Shown: positions 1 through 14,013, numbered from the stretch's first letter. The stretch: 44,102 bases of DNA from Geosiphon pyriformis uo1 (GCA_016748015.1 JAAOMT010000755.1:1-44102), one strand, 5' to 3'. Notes: a model not told the origin generated them from the sequence alone. Numbers and translations are program-made.

Positions 1-915
1 TTTATAAAAACACTTATCATTCCTATAATGAATCACAAATAATTTTAATGACTCGACTTTATTATATCTTAATTTCGTTCCGTGTTAAATTGCAACTTTT
101 AATGTGCTAAATATGCTTAAAGACACTGATTAAGATAAATGAAAATGCTATTTTCTCAGTTAGATGTGAGAAAATATTCTTTTATAATAAATTAATGAAA
201 GAATAAAAGTGTATATTATATCATATTGAGAAATGAATATAATAAATACTCTAATTATTATGGCTAATGTTGTATGAAATATTTAAATAGGTATTATTTA
301 TTTATTTTAAATTATGAGCATATAGACAATTTTTATTAATTTCTTTGTTTTTCATGATTTGGATAAAAGACAGAGGATAAGAGATAAAATATGAATCAAT
401 TATTATGAAGAGAGTTTTTTAAAGCTTTATTTGATAGTATGTTAAGAAATTTTTTTTCCACCCAGTTTGTATTTGCATCAGCACTGGTACAGTCAATACA
501 CCAGAATAAGCAGAGCTTAATTTTTTAACAGATAAATTCCAGAAATACACATGTAAAAGTAAAGTATTATTTACTTTATGCCAGACAATTTATTTAAATA
601 AGTAGTTACAAATTTCTACTGTAAAAGAAAGTTTTTATGCATAATTTTTGTGTAAACAGGAAGGAACTGCCATTCTCATTAAGCAAAGAGTCTAGGAACC
701 AGCATATTCCTTTCTTTAAACATCTTATCACTTTTGCCAAAGAAATTCTCAATAATATAATAATACTGTACACATTACTTACTAATCAGGAATATGGAAA
801 AGTTTCATTCGCTCCAATTTTATTTTTATTAATAATATTGTAGCATTCTAAAGCTAAATATACATAGATTAAGAAATAAAGATCAAGTTACCAAATACGT
901 TATTTATAACTCAAA

Positions 916-3180
916 TTAAGCAATCCATGGGTGTTTGAGTGCTGCATCTGCTTTCAGCATCTTTTTTTTTAATTTGCTTATAAGATCCTGTCTATTATTG
1001 GAAAACACTATATTAATCCCTTCTAATAATTTGCCTAATTGATAAATGTCTGAAAGAGTTGTGTATGTATTATTTTCATCAGACATGTCATCATCTCAGT
1101 CTGTCAATAAGATGTTGAATTCTTTGTTTGCTTTACCTCCATGCTTGAATTAATAAGAACGTTTTCATACCCTTTGGTTTTATTCGAATCATAAACAATA
1201 TTTGATAAATGAATGTCATGATAAATGTAATTGTATTGATGAAGTCTCTTTAGTCCAGTAAGCAAATTGCATGTTATCATCTGTGTTGTTTGCTCGTCTT
1301 TTAGTGGACATTCAAGGCCACGTGTTTTTAGTTTAATTATATATTTCCCTAGCCAATCTGCTCCAAAGATTGGTCCTTCCAAGATCTGAATGAGTTCATA
1401 ATGACCTTTGACAAGCTCGTAAATGTGCTTTAACATATCAATATGGTCATAAAAGCCATAGAGTTTACTGTTCAAAATAACTTTCTTGACATACTCTTCA
1501 AAGAAAGTAATTGTAGAATTTCTGAGTTTAAGTGGCTTACCAAGAGAGATTACATTAGCAGAGAAGGCATTCTTTGTGATCATGGTTTTAAGGATATGAA
1601 CAATATTGATGCTTATCTTGACAGTTGTATATCAAGCATTAAGATCATTTAAGTAAAGTTCTGTGGACAGTAGAACCAACTAGTACATCTTTAACATATC
1701 CAAGAAGATCAGATCTATTTTGTATTGTCATTAGAATGCTTTTTGAGTCCCTTAGAAAACAAAGTGTAAAATTATTGTTAGAAATGGAAACAAAAACTAA
1801 TAAATACTAAAAACAGCACACAAAATGAAAACATATTTCTCAATTATATTAAGGGAAAATTCGATTCGAAAATCAAAATTACTGCAAAGTAATTCTAGGA
1901 GACATGTTGTCAATATATCTATGGACCCAACCAGCTTTATTTCGAATTCAATTTTGGTAAATCTTATCTCTGAGAGGGCAGCATTTGTCAAAATAAGATA
2001 ATATTGTTAGTTATAAATAGATTATAAACAGTTAATATAAAAATTAAGATCATACTTTTTCTAAGTCCAAGTATAAATACAAGGGAAGCTTTGCAAGAAG
2101 AGGCATTAATAAAGTCAAAAAACTGTTTATTAATTAAAAATTACAATAATACTGTATTTTTAACCACATAAGGTAACTGTTACAGAAAGCTCTTATTGAA
2201 TTAAGTGTAACCACAAGTTGATTTAGTTGAATCTTGAGAGTATGATATTAACTTAATAAGTAATAAGTAATACAATAGAAAAAAATACAAATTGAGAAAT
2301 TAAATCTGGATTTAGTTAGACCATATAATACCAACTATTATCAGTCTCTGTTTAAGAACCACACAAAACTTGATGACTTATCTTTACAAGTAGAAAGTTC
2401 ACTACTTGAGGGTAAGTGAGATCTTTCTACTTGTACTTCTGCCAACTGATCACCTGAAAGTAAACCAGTAAACAGAATTGTGTTAAAAAAGTTACTGTCT
2501 GAGGACAAGAATGATATCTTTTCTTCACACTTCCAGACATTATCTACTATCTGAGAACCACATGAACAATGTTAGTAAAACAAGAATAGAAAAAAACTTG
2601 CCACCAGTTTGCAGTCTGAGGACCACACAAAATTTGGTAGTTTACCTTTACAAATAGAAAATTCACTATCTGAGGGTAAATGAGGTCTTTCCACTTACAC
2701 TTCTGCTGACTAATTACTTGAGGGTAAACCAGTAAACAGGATTGTGTTGAAAAGGTCACTGTCTGAAGACAAGAATAACATTTCTTTTTCACACTTCCAG
2801 GCATTATTTACCATCTGAGAATCATATGGACAATGTGGATAAAAAAAGAATAAAAAAAAAAATAGCAGGTCAAATATTTCTAATCATCAAGATGGCTTAT
2901 TAAAAAGAAAAAAAATAGAATAGCTTTAGCAGAAATAGAAACTCAATATTTAAAAATATTAAGTGTTAGATTAATATTACACATAAAGAGCACCTTCACA
3001 GCAAGTTTCTCTTTAATTTTTGATGACAACTCTTTAATTGTCTCCCTAAATGCATATACTATAGAGATGTCTTGGATAAATTTACCATATAAAGAAAAAA
3101 AAGTTAAGAATTTCTTATTGTAAAGTAATATGTAGTAGGTAAAAAAACAGAACTTACAGTTAAAGTTCTTTCTTTTCATA
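916..3180 (-). pseudogene. Decayed Crinkler (CRN)-like gene with a C-terminal protein-kinase-like domain
   Basis: Minus-strand fragments include LKRLHQYNYIYHDIHLSNIVYD (kinase catalytic-loop-like), SDIYQLGKLL and ALKHPWIA* (kinase C-lobe end, stop at 916-918). The 5' fragment ETIKELSSKIKEKLA resembles the CRN ubiquitin-like header. The region has several stops and frameshifts and is CpG-poor. The 5' limit is approximate. Confidence 0.6.
2340..2865 (-). repeat. Diverged tandem duplication, two units of about 265 bp (exon+intron units in the CRN-like pseudogene)
   Basis: aagaaccacacaaaac...cacacttccagacatt (about 2352-2540) recurs as gaggaccacacaaaat...cacacttccaggcatt (about 2620-2805). On the minus strand each unit starts after TTCTCAG. 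Confidence 0.85.
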
Positions 3181-3328
3181 TAATTACTTATTGAGAGTGG
3201 CCTTCAATGACATTAAATTTATGAAAGTTTGAGGTCAGATAAGTGACAAGAGCTAAATGATTATTGAGAATTAGAAGAAATAAAATAAAATAATTTTTCA
3301 AATTGCTATTTTAAAACAAAAACACATG

Positions 3329-3417
3329 TATAAATTTTTTTTTGTAAGACTACAAATCACTGTTATCTGATGTCATGATGGCAATTTGATCAGTAGTCTT
3401 ACAAAAGAAAATTTATA
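3329..3417. repeat. Inverted repeat with 25-bp arms (24/25 match)
   Basis: Left arm tataaatttttttttgtaagactac (3329-3353), right arm gtagtcttacaaaagaaaatttata (3393-3417). Confidence 0.8.
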
Positions 3418-3678
3418 TGTTATTCAAACAAGTGTCTCATTTTTTTATTGTGCTAGCAACTTTTCATTCCACATTTTTTATACCATTAGAATACTGTATA
3501 TTCTGGAGGAATTAAACAAGCAATGGATGTGTCAAGTAGTAAGAGAGAATCGAATGGAATACCAAAATATTTTTATTTTATCTAAGCCAAAATATCTTTT
3601 ACAAAGAATGATTCATGGGGTGTGAAGTCTCTTATTCATTTATTATTAATGTCAAGAAATATTACAATTATAAACAAA

Positions 3679-3710
3679 AGCTTGCTCTAATACAGATATT
3701 AGAGCAAGCT
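3679..3710. repeat. Perfect 14-bp-stem hairpin with a 4-nt loop
   Basis: agcttgctctaata-caga-tattagagcaagct. Confidence 0.85.
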
Positions 3711-3799
3711 AACACATATCCATTTCAAAATGCCAATTCAAGTCCCACAGTTTCTTTATTAATATACTATTAATCTTTGATCTTTTATATTTTTTAACT

Positions 3800-4743
3800 A
3801 TTTTCATATCTTATTTATATTAATCCCATCCCGAAATAGATTTTACATATCTGATATAGATTTATATACTGAGAAGCAGAGTCTTAAAGCTATTTCTAGA
3901 GAAATAATGCTCTGCTTTTCACTTTGCTCGACCCTTTTTTTCATTCTAAATACGTTTTAGGATCATATAATACACAACTGTGATTGCCAACAAGATAAAA
4001 AATAGTGGTAACATAAAAATACTTACTATAATAGGAACTGCTTTTTTACTTACTACTGAAATTTGTGGATGTAATTAGTTGATCAGAAAGAGAGTATGAG
4101 TTCTCTGTTGTACAAGATACAAGGTTTCATTATTGGGCAGTAATAGATTAGACTTTATCTATATATTCTAAAATGTTACATCAGAAGAAACATTACTCTG
4201 GATTCAGTATAAAAGATTTTTGTGAAAAAATTCATTAAGATTCTTTTTAAATTTGTTAATTGTTGGAATATCATGAATTGGAGACTCTAATTTCTGTTCT
4301 TTGGAATTCATTATATTTTTTATTGTAGGCACAATGGGGTAAGTCAAGGACTCAAAGCTCTGCTTCCTCTGCTTCTTATTACCTTCTTCAATTACAGATT
4401 CCGATTTCAATAGCTTCAACTCATTGATTTTTGATGTCAATTCATCTTTTATGTATTCTAATTCAGTTATTTTTTTTGATGAGACCTTTTGGGCTGAAGA
4501 TACATCATTCTGGGCTGAAGCTAATTTATCTTTCAATGAATTTATCTTAATCTGAAGTGACTTAATCACTCACTAGATTCTGGCACCATTTTTTTCTCTC
4601 CTGATCCCACCTCTTCATCTCTCAATTAAAATTTTTTTTCGCTTCCTATACTTATTCCACAAGTTACTATTATAGCCAAATATCTCTGAAGAATCTTGGA
4701 AGATGTTATATAATTCTTTCTTAAGGTCTTTCACATTATCCAT
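3800..4743 (-). pseudogene. Decayed coiled-coil-rich hypothetical gene
   Basis: Starts MDNVKDLKKELYNIFQDSSEIFGYN... near 4743. The 4204-4569 ORF is heptad-like (IKSLQIKINSLKDKLASAQ...ELTSKINELKLL). Frames are broken by stops and I recognise no family. Confidence 0.35.
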
Positions 4744-7700
4744 AATAAATAATAATAAATATTATGGGAAATAACAGTGACATACTTATTGATATATTTA
4801 AAAAATATAAGATAAATAACAAAATTATTAATATTAGATATTATATATAATTACTTATAAATACCCAATTACAAAAAAAGAATGAAATGCATAACAGCTG
4901 AATATTATTGTGCAGGTACATCTTATTTATCTCCAGAAACATTTGAGGAAATCATACAATCCCGAAAAAGAGCTAAAAATGTGGCTATAACAATTTCCAA
5001 CTAAAATAAAAACTTAAAAAAGATAACTTTTAAAATGCTTTTTAAAGTGGTAGTGCTGGAGCCAAAAATAAAATTGTAAATTTAATAGATAAGTATTAGA
5101 TTTAAAATTTGAAATTACAATTTATTATGATTATGCATTGCATGGAGAAAAATTTTTTAGTATTATTGGTAGTTTGTTTGTAATTAGATTGGTTGCAGTG
5201 TAATAAAAAATATAATAATAATAATATTTTTAATGATTCTAATATTAAGTTTGATAAAAGTAATCAAAAAGTAATCAAAATAATTAATTGTAAAATTATA
5301 CATAATAATAATAACACATTCAAATAATTTTTTATAGTGAGAATAAAAGATAAATACTACAAAATATAAAAATTTATAATTTTGATGAAAACAATCTAAA
5401 TAAAAATAATTTTTAAAAAATAATTATACTTTGTTATAATATTTATGTGTTATATATATTTACAATTTTAAATTATTAAAAACGCAATTAATTGCAATTT
5501 ACTCTATGTTCACTTATTATATTCACATTTATATATTTAATTTTAAAGCAATATATCAATATTAAAAAAGTTGTTTTCGATTTGATTGTATTAATTTCGT
5601 AAAATTAGAGATTTATTTATATTTTGTATAAGATATCAACAAAATTTAGTCTTTTTTGTGTTTCTTTTAAATTAAGCCCAACGGGTTACTCCTAAAAACT
5701 AAGAAAAAAGAATGAATTAAAATATAAATATAAATGTTTATATGATGTCGATATGAAAGAAATGTTAATTTTGCAAATATAGTTTAAATTTGAAATAGAT
5801 GGGTTAAAAATAACTTGATGTATCATTCTTATGACAAAATACTCAATTCCAAGAACGGTGACGGTTAAGGTATAATCCTTTAGAATGTTAAAAATGAGCT
5901 AGGTTTTAATTTTAATAAAGTTAGTTCAAATATTTTCTGCTGTTTTATCCAGTAAAGATGGGTATTAAAGGTCATAGACTCATTCATTCATCGATTAATA
6001 AATTACGGTTAACAGCCATTTTCACGAGTGAGAGAGTAAATTTGGATATTCATTGTTTACCAATATTATATTATTAGTTATGTATTATTTTAGTTATTAT
6101 AAATTTGGTTGATTTTTTACTTTTTGTGGTTTTTAATTTTTTCAAGATTTGAAAAAGTTTTAATAATTGTTTTATATAAATGGGCATTCAAGATTTTAAA
6201 AGATTTTTATAAAATTAAAATATAGTGATTAATTTAATAATTAAAAACTTGGTATATTATTTTCTTAATAAATAACAGCAAACAATAACAAATATTTGAA
6301 TAATATTGATTTTAAAATAGGGTTAAAAATATAGATAAAACAAAAAAATAAATTATAATTTATATATTTAAAATAGTTTATAAATGTATAAATAATAAAA
6401 AATTTTATTAAAAATAATAGACTACAATATATTTTTAATTAATATCAAGAATTAACAACACTTGTAAGTTAAATTATGCAAGTAAACAAAAATAAAAGAT
6501 TATTTATTGTTTTCTTTTTGTCTCATAATATTTTTTAACAATATAAACAGTTCTTAATAAATTAACAACAAAAATATCTTTATAATATATATAGCATGTA
6601 TAATGAAAACTACAAACAAAACTATACAAAAAAATAAAATTAATAAATAATTTTTGATTATAAATTAAATAAAATCTATTTCTATATTTTTTTATAATCA
6701 GTTTTTTTGCTATTATAAATTATGCAAAGCAATTTGTAGAATAATTAATAAAAAATAATTTTATTATAATAAAGATTTAAAAAGTTTACAAATTTATAAA
6801 TGAAAAGTTTTTTAAAAATAAAAATAATTTGAGCTCAATATTTGAAAGCCTATTAATTATATTAACTTTTATTTATTTATTTAATTGAAAAAATTTTAAA
6901 TCCTCACTTATTACAATTTTAATAGTCTAAAGAAAAATTGTTTATATATGTAACTATAAAAAGTTAACAATTCTAATCAATAACTTAAATCAATAATAAG
7001 TTAGTATTTATCTTAAAATTAAAAGAGCCAGTTTCGATAAAAAATAAACTAATAAATACGATTTAAGATAAATAAATTACTAAATAGAAAGAACCAGATT
7101 AAAGATAAAAATTCCCACAAAGTTTCTTTAAAGACTTTACAGTTTTTTAAAATATTATATACTAAAATGATCTCATTTGCTTTTAAACCTTATATTCAAA
7201 AAATAAACTTTCAAATCTTAGAATAAAATTAATTTGGTATGCTAAATTTTATAGAGATGAATAATTTATGAAATCTTTCTTTGAGCATTATAATTCTAAA
7301 GACCCTCCTCCTAATGCGATGCTTGTTAATTAAAAGATATCCAAAAGGAGAAAAACGACAGCATAAACTTGTGTCTTTAAAAATGCTAGACTTTTTGTTA
7401 AGCAATATAAATTTAGCTTGGATATTTTTAAATGAATTTAATTCTACAATAATATGTAAAATAGTTTTTTTTCTATCGGAAAAATAATATATCCAATGAA
7501 TCTTAATCTTTTGCATTATATACCAATTATAATTAAATTCAAGACTTAATCAATATTTGAAGATAAAAAATAAGAAATAGGAATGGTATCAAATGATATT
7601 TGTAAATGTGTAAAATAATACTCTTATAGTCAAATTTGTTTATCTAATGAAATAATGAACAGTAAACTTCATTCTCTACTCGTTAAAATGCATTTTGACC

Positions 7701-8746
7701 ATAATTTATTAATCAATTAATGAGCCTGTAGCCTTTAAAAGCACCAGAAAATAACATTTCAATCCAACTGACAGTTAATCTTATAAAGAAGAATACCATA
7801 ACCATCGCTTAAAGTGGCCATTTTTATCATGATTATTAAAATTGATCATTAATATGTGGGGAGGAGCAAATTTATTGTCTTCATGCCTTACAATCTTGTA
7901 TAAGGCAAGAATTCTTGAATTGAATAAGAGTGAAAGTATTGACGTAAAGCTTATTGAGAGTTTTTAGCATAGTAAAATTAGAGAATTTGATCAAACCAAC
8001 CAATCAACCAGTTGAGAGTCATGTTGGTTTTCTAAGGATAAGAGGCATCAATAGTTGAATTTAATCATATTTGATAATTTCATTTAGCTTCTCACCCTCA
8101 GGTAAATATATATATTCTTTTAAATGGTAAATTATAAGGCCAAAATGTTGATTAATTTGATCCATAGGATCTAGCACCTCTAAATTAATGAATGAACCTG
8201 TGAAAAATTAAAACTTTAGGAATTCTTAATTTTGAAGTTTTTTTTATGTGAATTTATTAAACGAAAATTTCTACTCGCAAGGTTTCTCCATATCGTACGC
8301 TGCAAATGGTTTTCCGGCCAGTACTACATTGAAGACATCTGGTGAAAGTCGTAATATTAATAATTATTTATATGAAGTATATTTGGATAGCTTAGAGAAT
8401 ATAATAAGATTGGTGGAAAAGATCTTGTCAGAGTATCTAGATTCGAGAATTGCTTTTACTTGGTTTTCAAAGACTATAAACTTTAATCTTTATAAAATTA
8501 TTTAGCATTAGCAATCCTTTTCGCAGTGGCTTATATCTTCATTAATCCCTACCTAGAGACAGAAGTCTACACATTTGGAAGTTCCACGTATTGGTGATTT
8601 AATTCTTTATTAGAAAAAAATAAAATTTCTATATATCGAGTTCCTCGATGTAACGATGATCGCGTTAAATATCTAACATCGGGGAAAATCTTGGTATGAA
8701 AATTTCTAATGTCTTTATAATCGATACATCTTTTTGAATATTCTTT

Positions 8747-11700
8747 TCATGAATCTCTCCAACGACCTGGGACTACTGTGCAACTTTTTAATTTCTCGAT
8801 GGCCTTTTTGAATTCACCTAACGCCTCTTTATTCACTTGAGAGTCATCTTTGATTTCTTCCTCTTCGGGAAAGTCATCAGCAGCAATAATGTCGCCTTCA
8901 AGATCGACACGTTCCAAATATTTTTCACGTTTGAAAGCGTTGCTAACTGATTTAGGAATGTCAGGTATAAAATACCCCAAAGTAATTTTTATCAAAAAGA
9001 TAAAATTCTAAAATTATATTGAGGCATAGTCAGGCATTATATTTCAAGATGAATAAAACTCAATTTTTAAAAAATTTCTCAGATACCTCAAAAATCAGTA
9101 TAAACACTAATCTCGCATTCAGTAACTCTTTATCCGAGTCACCAACATACTTATGGAACAGATCATTCACATAAGTCGAATGAAAAGCAAGAATTGTGGC
9201 ATTAGTAAGGACTGATAGAAAGGAAATAAAGTTCAGAATGTTGTTCCACATTCCGATATTTTGAGCTAACAAGCCAACCGGTCGTTTTCTTGTTTGTATA
9301 TACTACAAGATGAAACAGAAAAATTCTTGGTTGCAAAAAATTTTGTGTGAATAATAAATTTCCAATATAATTGCATATGTTTCTCACTTTAAAAGCATCA
9401 CCACGAATCTCTGAAAGATTATTTATCCATGCAAAAAGTGGTGCCAAAGGAAATGCCGGAGCAAAAAGTGATATAAAGCCAAATTGAACAACTAAATTCG
9501 AAAAATTGATATTAGACTTCTCAGTTTGGAAGAGTGAATTCATTTTGAAAGTGCCTACCCATCTCTTCGTATTCAGCTCGTATTTGATCAGCATCCGCTA
9601 TGGCTAATCTATCATCATTTTCCCATTGTGGGTGCTTGGTTTCGTCTATTATCTTCTTCCCAAAATTTGAACCAAAGAATTTACTTTGTATTAGGCTAAC
9701 AAGTTAATTAATCGATAAAAATTTTAAGTGATTCATGTCGTTTATATCTTATTTGACAGAATGAAGCTCAAAGGACTCTTTCCAGAATACTTACGGTAGA
9801 GAAATTTCATAAATTTGTCCAAGAGCCTGTTTCCCAACAAAAATAATTCCAAGCTGGATTGTCAATTCCATCATGCAGCTCTGGTATTCACAACCATTTT
9901 CATTGTCTTGTTTGAGGACATTGCGCACAAACTGTAATGGCATATAGGGTATAAATTTCGGCCTTGATTTTTAAAATAATGTTTTTCAAATTTGAAATTA
10001 CCTTTTCTTTGAAAAGCAATATATAAAATAAGGCAGAATAAAAATTGACAAAATCAAATAGGTATAATTTGCCGATCAAGGAATCTGAAAATTTTTATGG
10101 AGGTCTTTAGAATGATGAGAGCTTTAAAGTTTGTTTTCTGGAATTCCTAACCTTCATAACTAGCAAGAGTTCGGTGATTCTCCACTTGGGTTAACCATTT
10201 TGCGATGTAAAAATATGCCTAAGAAATCGAATTAAATCTTCACTGACTGGATTCGAAAAATTCTTGGACAAATTAATCACTTACCACATCCATAATTAAA
10301 ACCGTGACCAAATTCACTAAACTGGCCAAAACATTATTCCACACTCCCTCATGGAACCAAAACCGGGAAAATGTTAATAGAGACCCTATTGTTAACAAGA
10401 CGATGCCCATCTAAAAACGAGGGTTGTTTAGGTTGGTATTAAATTCAGATCGAGAAGCAAAAACAAAAATTGTAGAGATACCGAGATGACAATGACACTG
10501 GACGTGAAAAAAAGTTTTTTGTATCTTTTTTGCAATGGATAATAAAGTTCTTGTTTGGATGTAATCATCGACTGACGTATCGCTATAATAGGAATTATTT
10601 AGCATTCAATATTCTGGGTCAAAAATCAAGGAAATTTTTCTCAAAGATTTGACTTTTAATCTTATCAGCTTACCAGTGCCATTAAAATCGGGGCTCAATT
10701 GTTCCTGGGTTTTTTAGAAAAAAAATTAATCTTAAGAAAATTTCCAAATAAATAATCTGCATGATAAATAACATCATAAATACAAACTTCTTCCTCAAAT
10801 TCACCCAAATCCCAATCGTGCACTAGCGCAGCATTATACCGTTTCCAAGACTCTAGGAAACAGGTTCCTATAAAAATTAGAAAAATACATTTATTTTAGG
10901 ATGGGACTCCTTTGAATTCTCTCTATCTATATCTTTATAAAAAAACCTTTATCGTACCCCAAATTGACATCACAACTGCGAAAGGAAATGTCAGTGCATT
11001 GTCCCATATCAATGAAATACCAGCAACACCATTTTTAAAATAACTTTTACTTTGTATTCAAAATTGAAACGAGAATTAGTTTGAAAAATTGATCATTTCA
11101 AATATTGATAGAAAAAAGGTACCTTGCAACAACTATTAACCCGTATAGAACGGTAATACATCCCAAGATTGTAGCAACCAAAAGCCAGGTTGTATAAAGC
11201 CCTTCAAAATTTTACAATTGGCATGAATTTTTATTTTAAATTATTCTCAAAAATATATGAAATAAGCCTCAAGATAAATACCAAGCCATGCGAAATACAT
11301 TCCATATTTTTCTCCGAAATAATCTCGAACTTCATCAAGAGGTTGGAAGTCACTGCTTTTTACCCAATTGCGGTAAAGAAAAGTTCTTTGATTTCTTGGT
11401 TCTGTATTGGAACCTTTATTCAATAGTCCATCATGTAGGGGAAAGAATCCAACGTACACTTCTTGGTTTAGTAGATTCTCAATAGAGAATTGCCTAATGC
11501 GTTGTTTTTGGTAAAAATTAGGTATGTTTAAGTCAGCACTTTGAACCTTTCGTTGAATGACGTTCGCATTGATAATTAAATGTTGGGCCTTTAAAAGTTC
11601 AAAATAGGATGAGATATCGATTGTCTTTTTCCAATAGTTACAAGATTTAACATATATCCATGAGGTAAAATTATTACCAATAAATTTCGTCGAGAACCTT

Positions 11701-12796
11701 TCCAAAAATTCAAGGCTATATGGCTCCATTCTTTTTCTAAATCTGCACCTTCGAATTCTCGTAATCTATCTTTTTTGAAGAAAGCAGACCGTTTTTGATG
11801 GTTTATGTGTCGTAAAAATGACTTGGTAAAGAATTGATGAAGGCGATTTTTTTCGACCTTTTGTTTGCAGATGATTTGATTATCCTAAAATGGGGAAAGG
11901 GGAATTGGATGAAATGATTGCGATAAAAGAATCAATATTGTAATGTCTTAACGGCTGCTCACCTTGGTAATTAAACGGACTTTTAATCTCATTTGGTCGG
12001 CAGCATCACATAATTTGTAAAATGGCACCCAAACTTTAAGATATGTGAAGTTCTTTAGAATACTATCATCTTCATGCTCGACTATTAATCCTGTTTTCAA
12101 AAGTAATAACTCAAACTGATTTCGTATGCTAGTATTTGTTGAGATATCGTCTGCGATTTCATTTTTAAACTTTAAAATGAAATCTGGAAATGGATCATTA
12201 TAAAGAATTCTTGCTAATGCGTCGGCAACTTTGTACCTATTTTCTAGGAATGTGAAATGATAATTTCAAGAATTTAGTGCTATATATCTCTCTATGAAAT
12301 CAGGTTCAAATAATCTCTCACTTGTCTGCTACATATTTTGAGAGAACTTACTAAATTTCTCTATTATATCTTCCATTGTTTTTGAATTATTTTCATCTGA
12401 TTCTTGCCATCTTCGCATTTCATTTATACCATCACAGTCGTCGTCGTCAAGCAAAATTACAAATCGATTGTTTTCGCCTTTTAGATTATATGAAGAAATT
12501 TTATTCTTTTCAAGGTCACGATTACATAGAAATAGGTCCTCGTGTGGACTTTGTCGTTTATGTTTAAGTAATCCTATATCAGTTGGGTCAACAGAACTTT
12601 CTTTTGTATGACTTCTCGGGAAAGAGCCACGAACAGTGATTTCATCATTATCAATGGTCTAAAAAGAAATTCAATCAGCGGATAGTTCCAGGGATTCTTG
12701 ATAAAATAAATGCCAAAGAAATTTATCAATACATACATTTGAAATGTTATGAATAATATCAATGGCAACTTCACCGATAGATGATGAATTATTCAT
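8747..12796 (-). CDS. Anoctamin/TMEM16 Ca2+-activated chloride channel or lipid scramblase (many short introns; 5' end uncertain, start at 12796 or about 12423)
   Basis: Spliced motifs: DFILKF...[18 protein letters not shown]...[14 protein letters not shown] (N-terminal dimerisation-like domain); FFPLHDG; [22 protein letters not shown]; [22 protein letters not shown]; [40 protein letters not shown]; AQNIGMW; [12 protein letters not shown] introns restore the frame throughout the main body. Confidence 0.95.
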
Positions 12797-14013
12797 GATT
12801 AATTTATATTTTGCTATGAGATAAGTATATGTACCTTATTAAAGAAAATATTTCAATGAGTAATTTTGAACTCAATAGTTGTGATTAATTCTTAAATAGA
12901 GAAATGAGATTTTTTACTCCCTTATTGATATGTTGTACCATGACGTATGATCGGTACAAAAGTCTTTGTGAAAGCATGAATTGGTATTAGCTTTTGAAGA
13001 GAGTTGTTGGAATTAATTTGATTGGTTAAATTTAATGAAAATATAATTATTGATAATTTTGTGTTAATATCCTAAGGCTTTTAGAATTTTTTTTATCTAA
13101 ATAATGAGAGATACAAAAACAATATTTTTTTGTAATCCCTTTATTCTTATTTTTAGAAAATTGTGCGTTGGTTTATAATTCTCTAGGGTTTTTTTTGAGC
13201 TCAAAAACTTTAAATTTTTTAAATTAGTTATTATTAAGATTGAAAAATGTGGTTGTAAAAACGAGAGAAAATATTTTTTATAGGCAAAATTAAGAAAATT
13301 TATTCATTGAATTGTGAACTTTTGAATTTTCGAACCAATTGAAAAGATCGCTCGAGTATAAGATTTTGAAAAAACCTTATCATCTAAAACCCCGTGAATT
13401 TGACCTGAAAGATATTTGATGTGGATACCTATTTTGGTAAGATCCTCTTTTGCTATGCTTGACGACCCATTTGTCGAAATTAATTTTTGACTTGTAAGGC
13501 TGAGCTACATGGATCAGGTTTGAAAAGATTTTTTGGTTAGTAGTGGTAACGTTTTTTTTGCAAAATGTTAAAATCCTTTGATCATTTCTAAACCGAGATT
13601 TTCAATGATTAATTATAAAAAAAGTTTGGTTAAAAAAACTATTGGAGAAAGGAATAACATCCAGCTAACTTAATGGAGAAGTATAAAAGGACTTTTAAAT
13701 TAAAACATCTTTTTAATTTTTTTTTGTGTTTAGTTACTCTGAAATCTCTGAAGTAAAGAAAAAAAGTAGTTTATCGAAGGGGATTCGAAAGAATAAATCT
13801 TTGAATTTTAAAAATTTAAGGGAAAATAGAGAGATGTAAAAGCAACACATGTCTTGCTACTAAATAAAATTATCAAACCAAATTCATTTTACAATAGTAC
13901 ATTTACTGAACATACAATGCATCATTGATGCAAACAATTAATCAAAGCATAAATGGTGATCAATCATATATGGAGGAGGTTAGGCTATCAGTATAAAAAT
14001 CAAATTTAGGAGG

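Noticed and set aside
2340-2865. CRISPR-like or satellite array
   Set aside because: Only two long diverged units, no repeat-spacer structure, and a eukaryotic context.
4900-7200. AT-rich tract as a centromere or replication origin
   Set aside because: Base composition alone is not evidence, and mutated repeat DNA explains similar tracts in this window.
7229-8505. Short ORFs at 7229-7516, 7281-7487 and 8248-8505
   Set aside because: No motifs, weak or non-ATG starts, and no supporting splice pattern found.
11247-11729. ORF-track start MEPYSLEF as part of the anoctamin
   Set aside because: The first ~47 residues are a wrong frame plus intron. The true exon reads [18 protein letters not shown] and splices to AQHLII.
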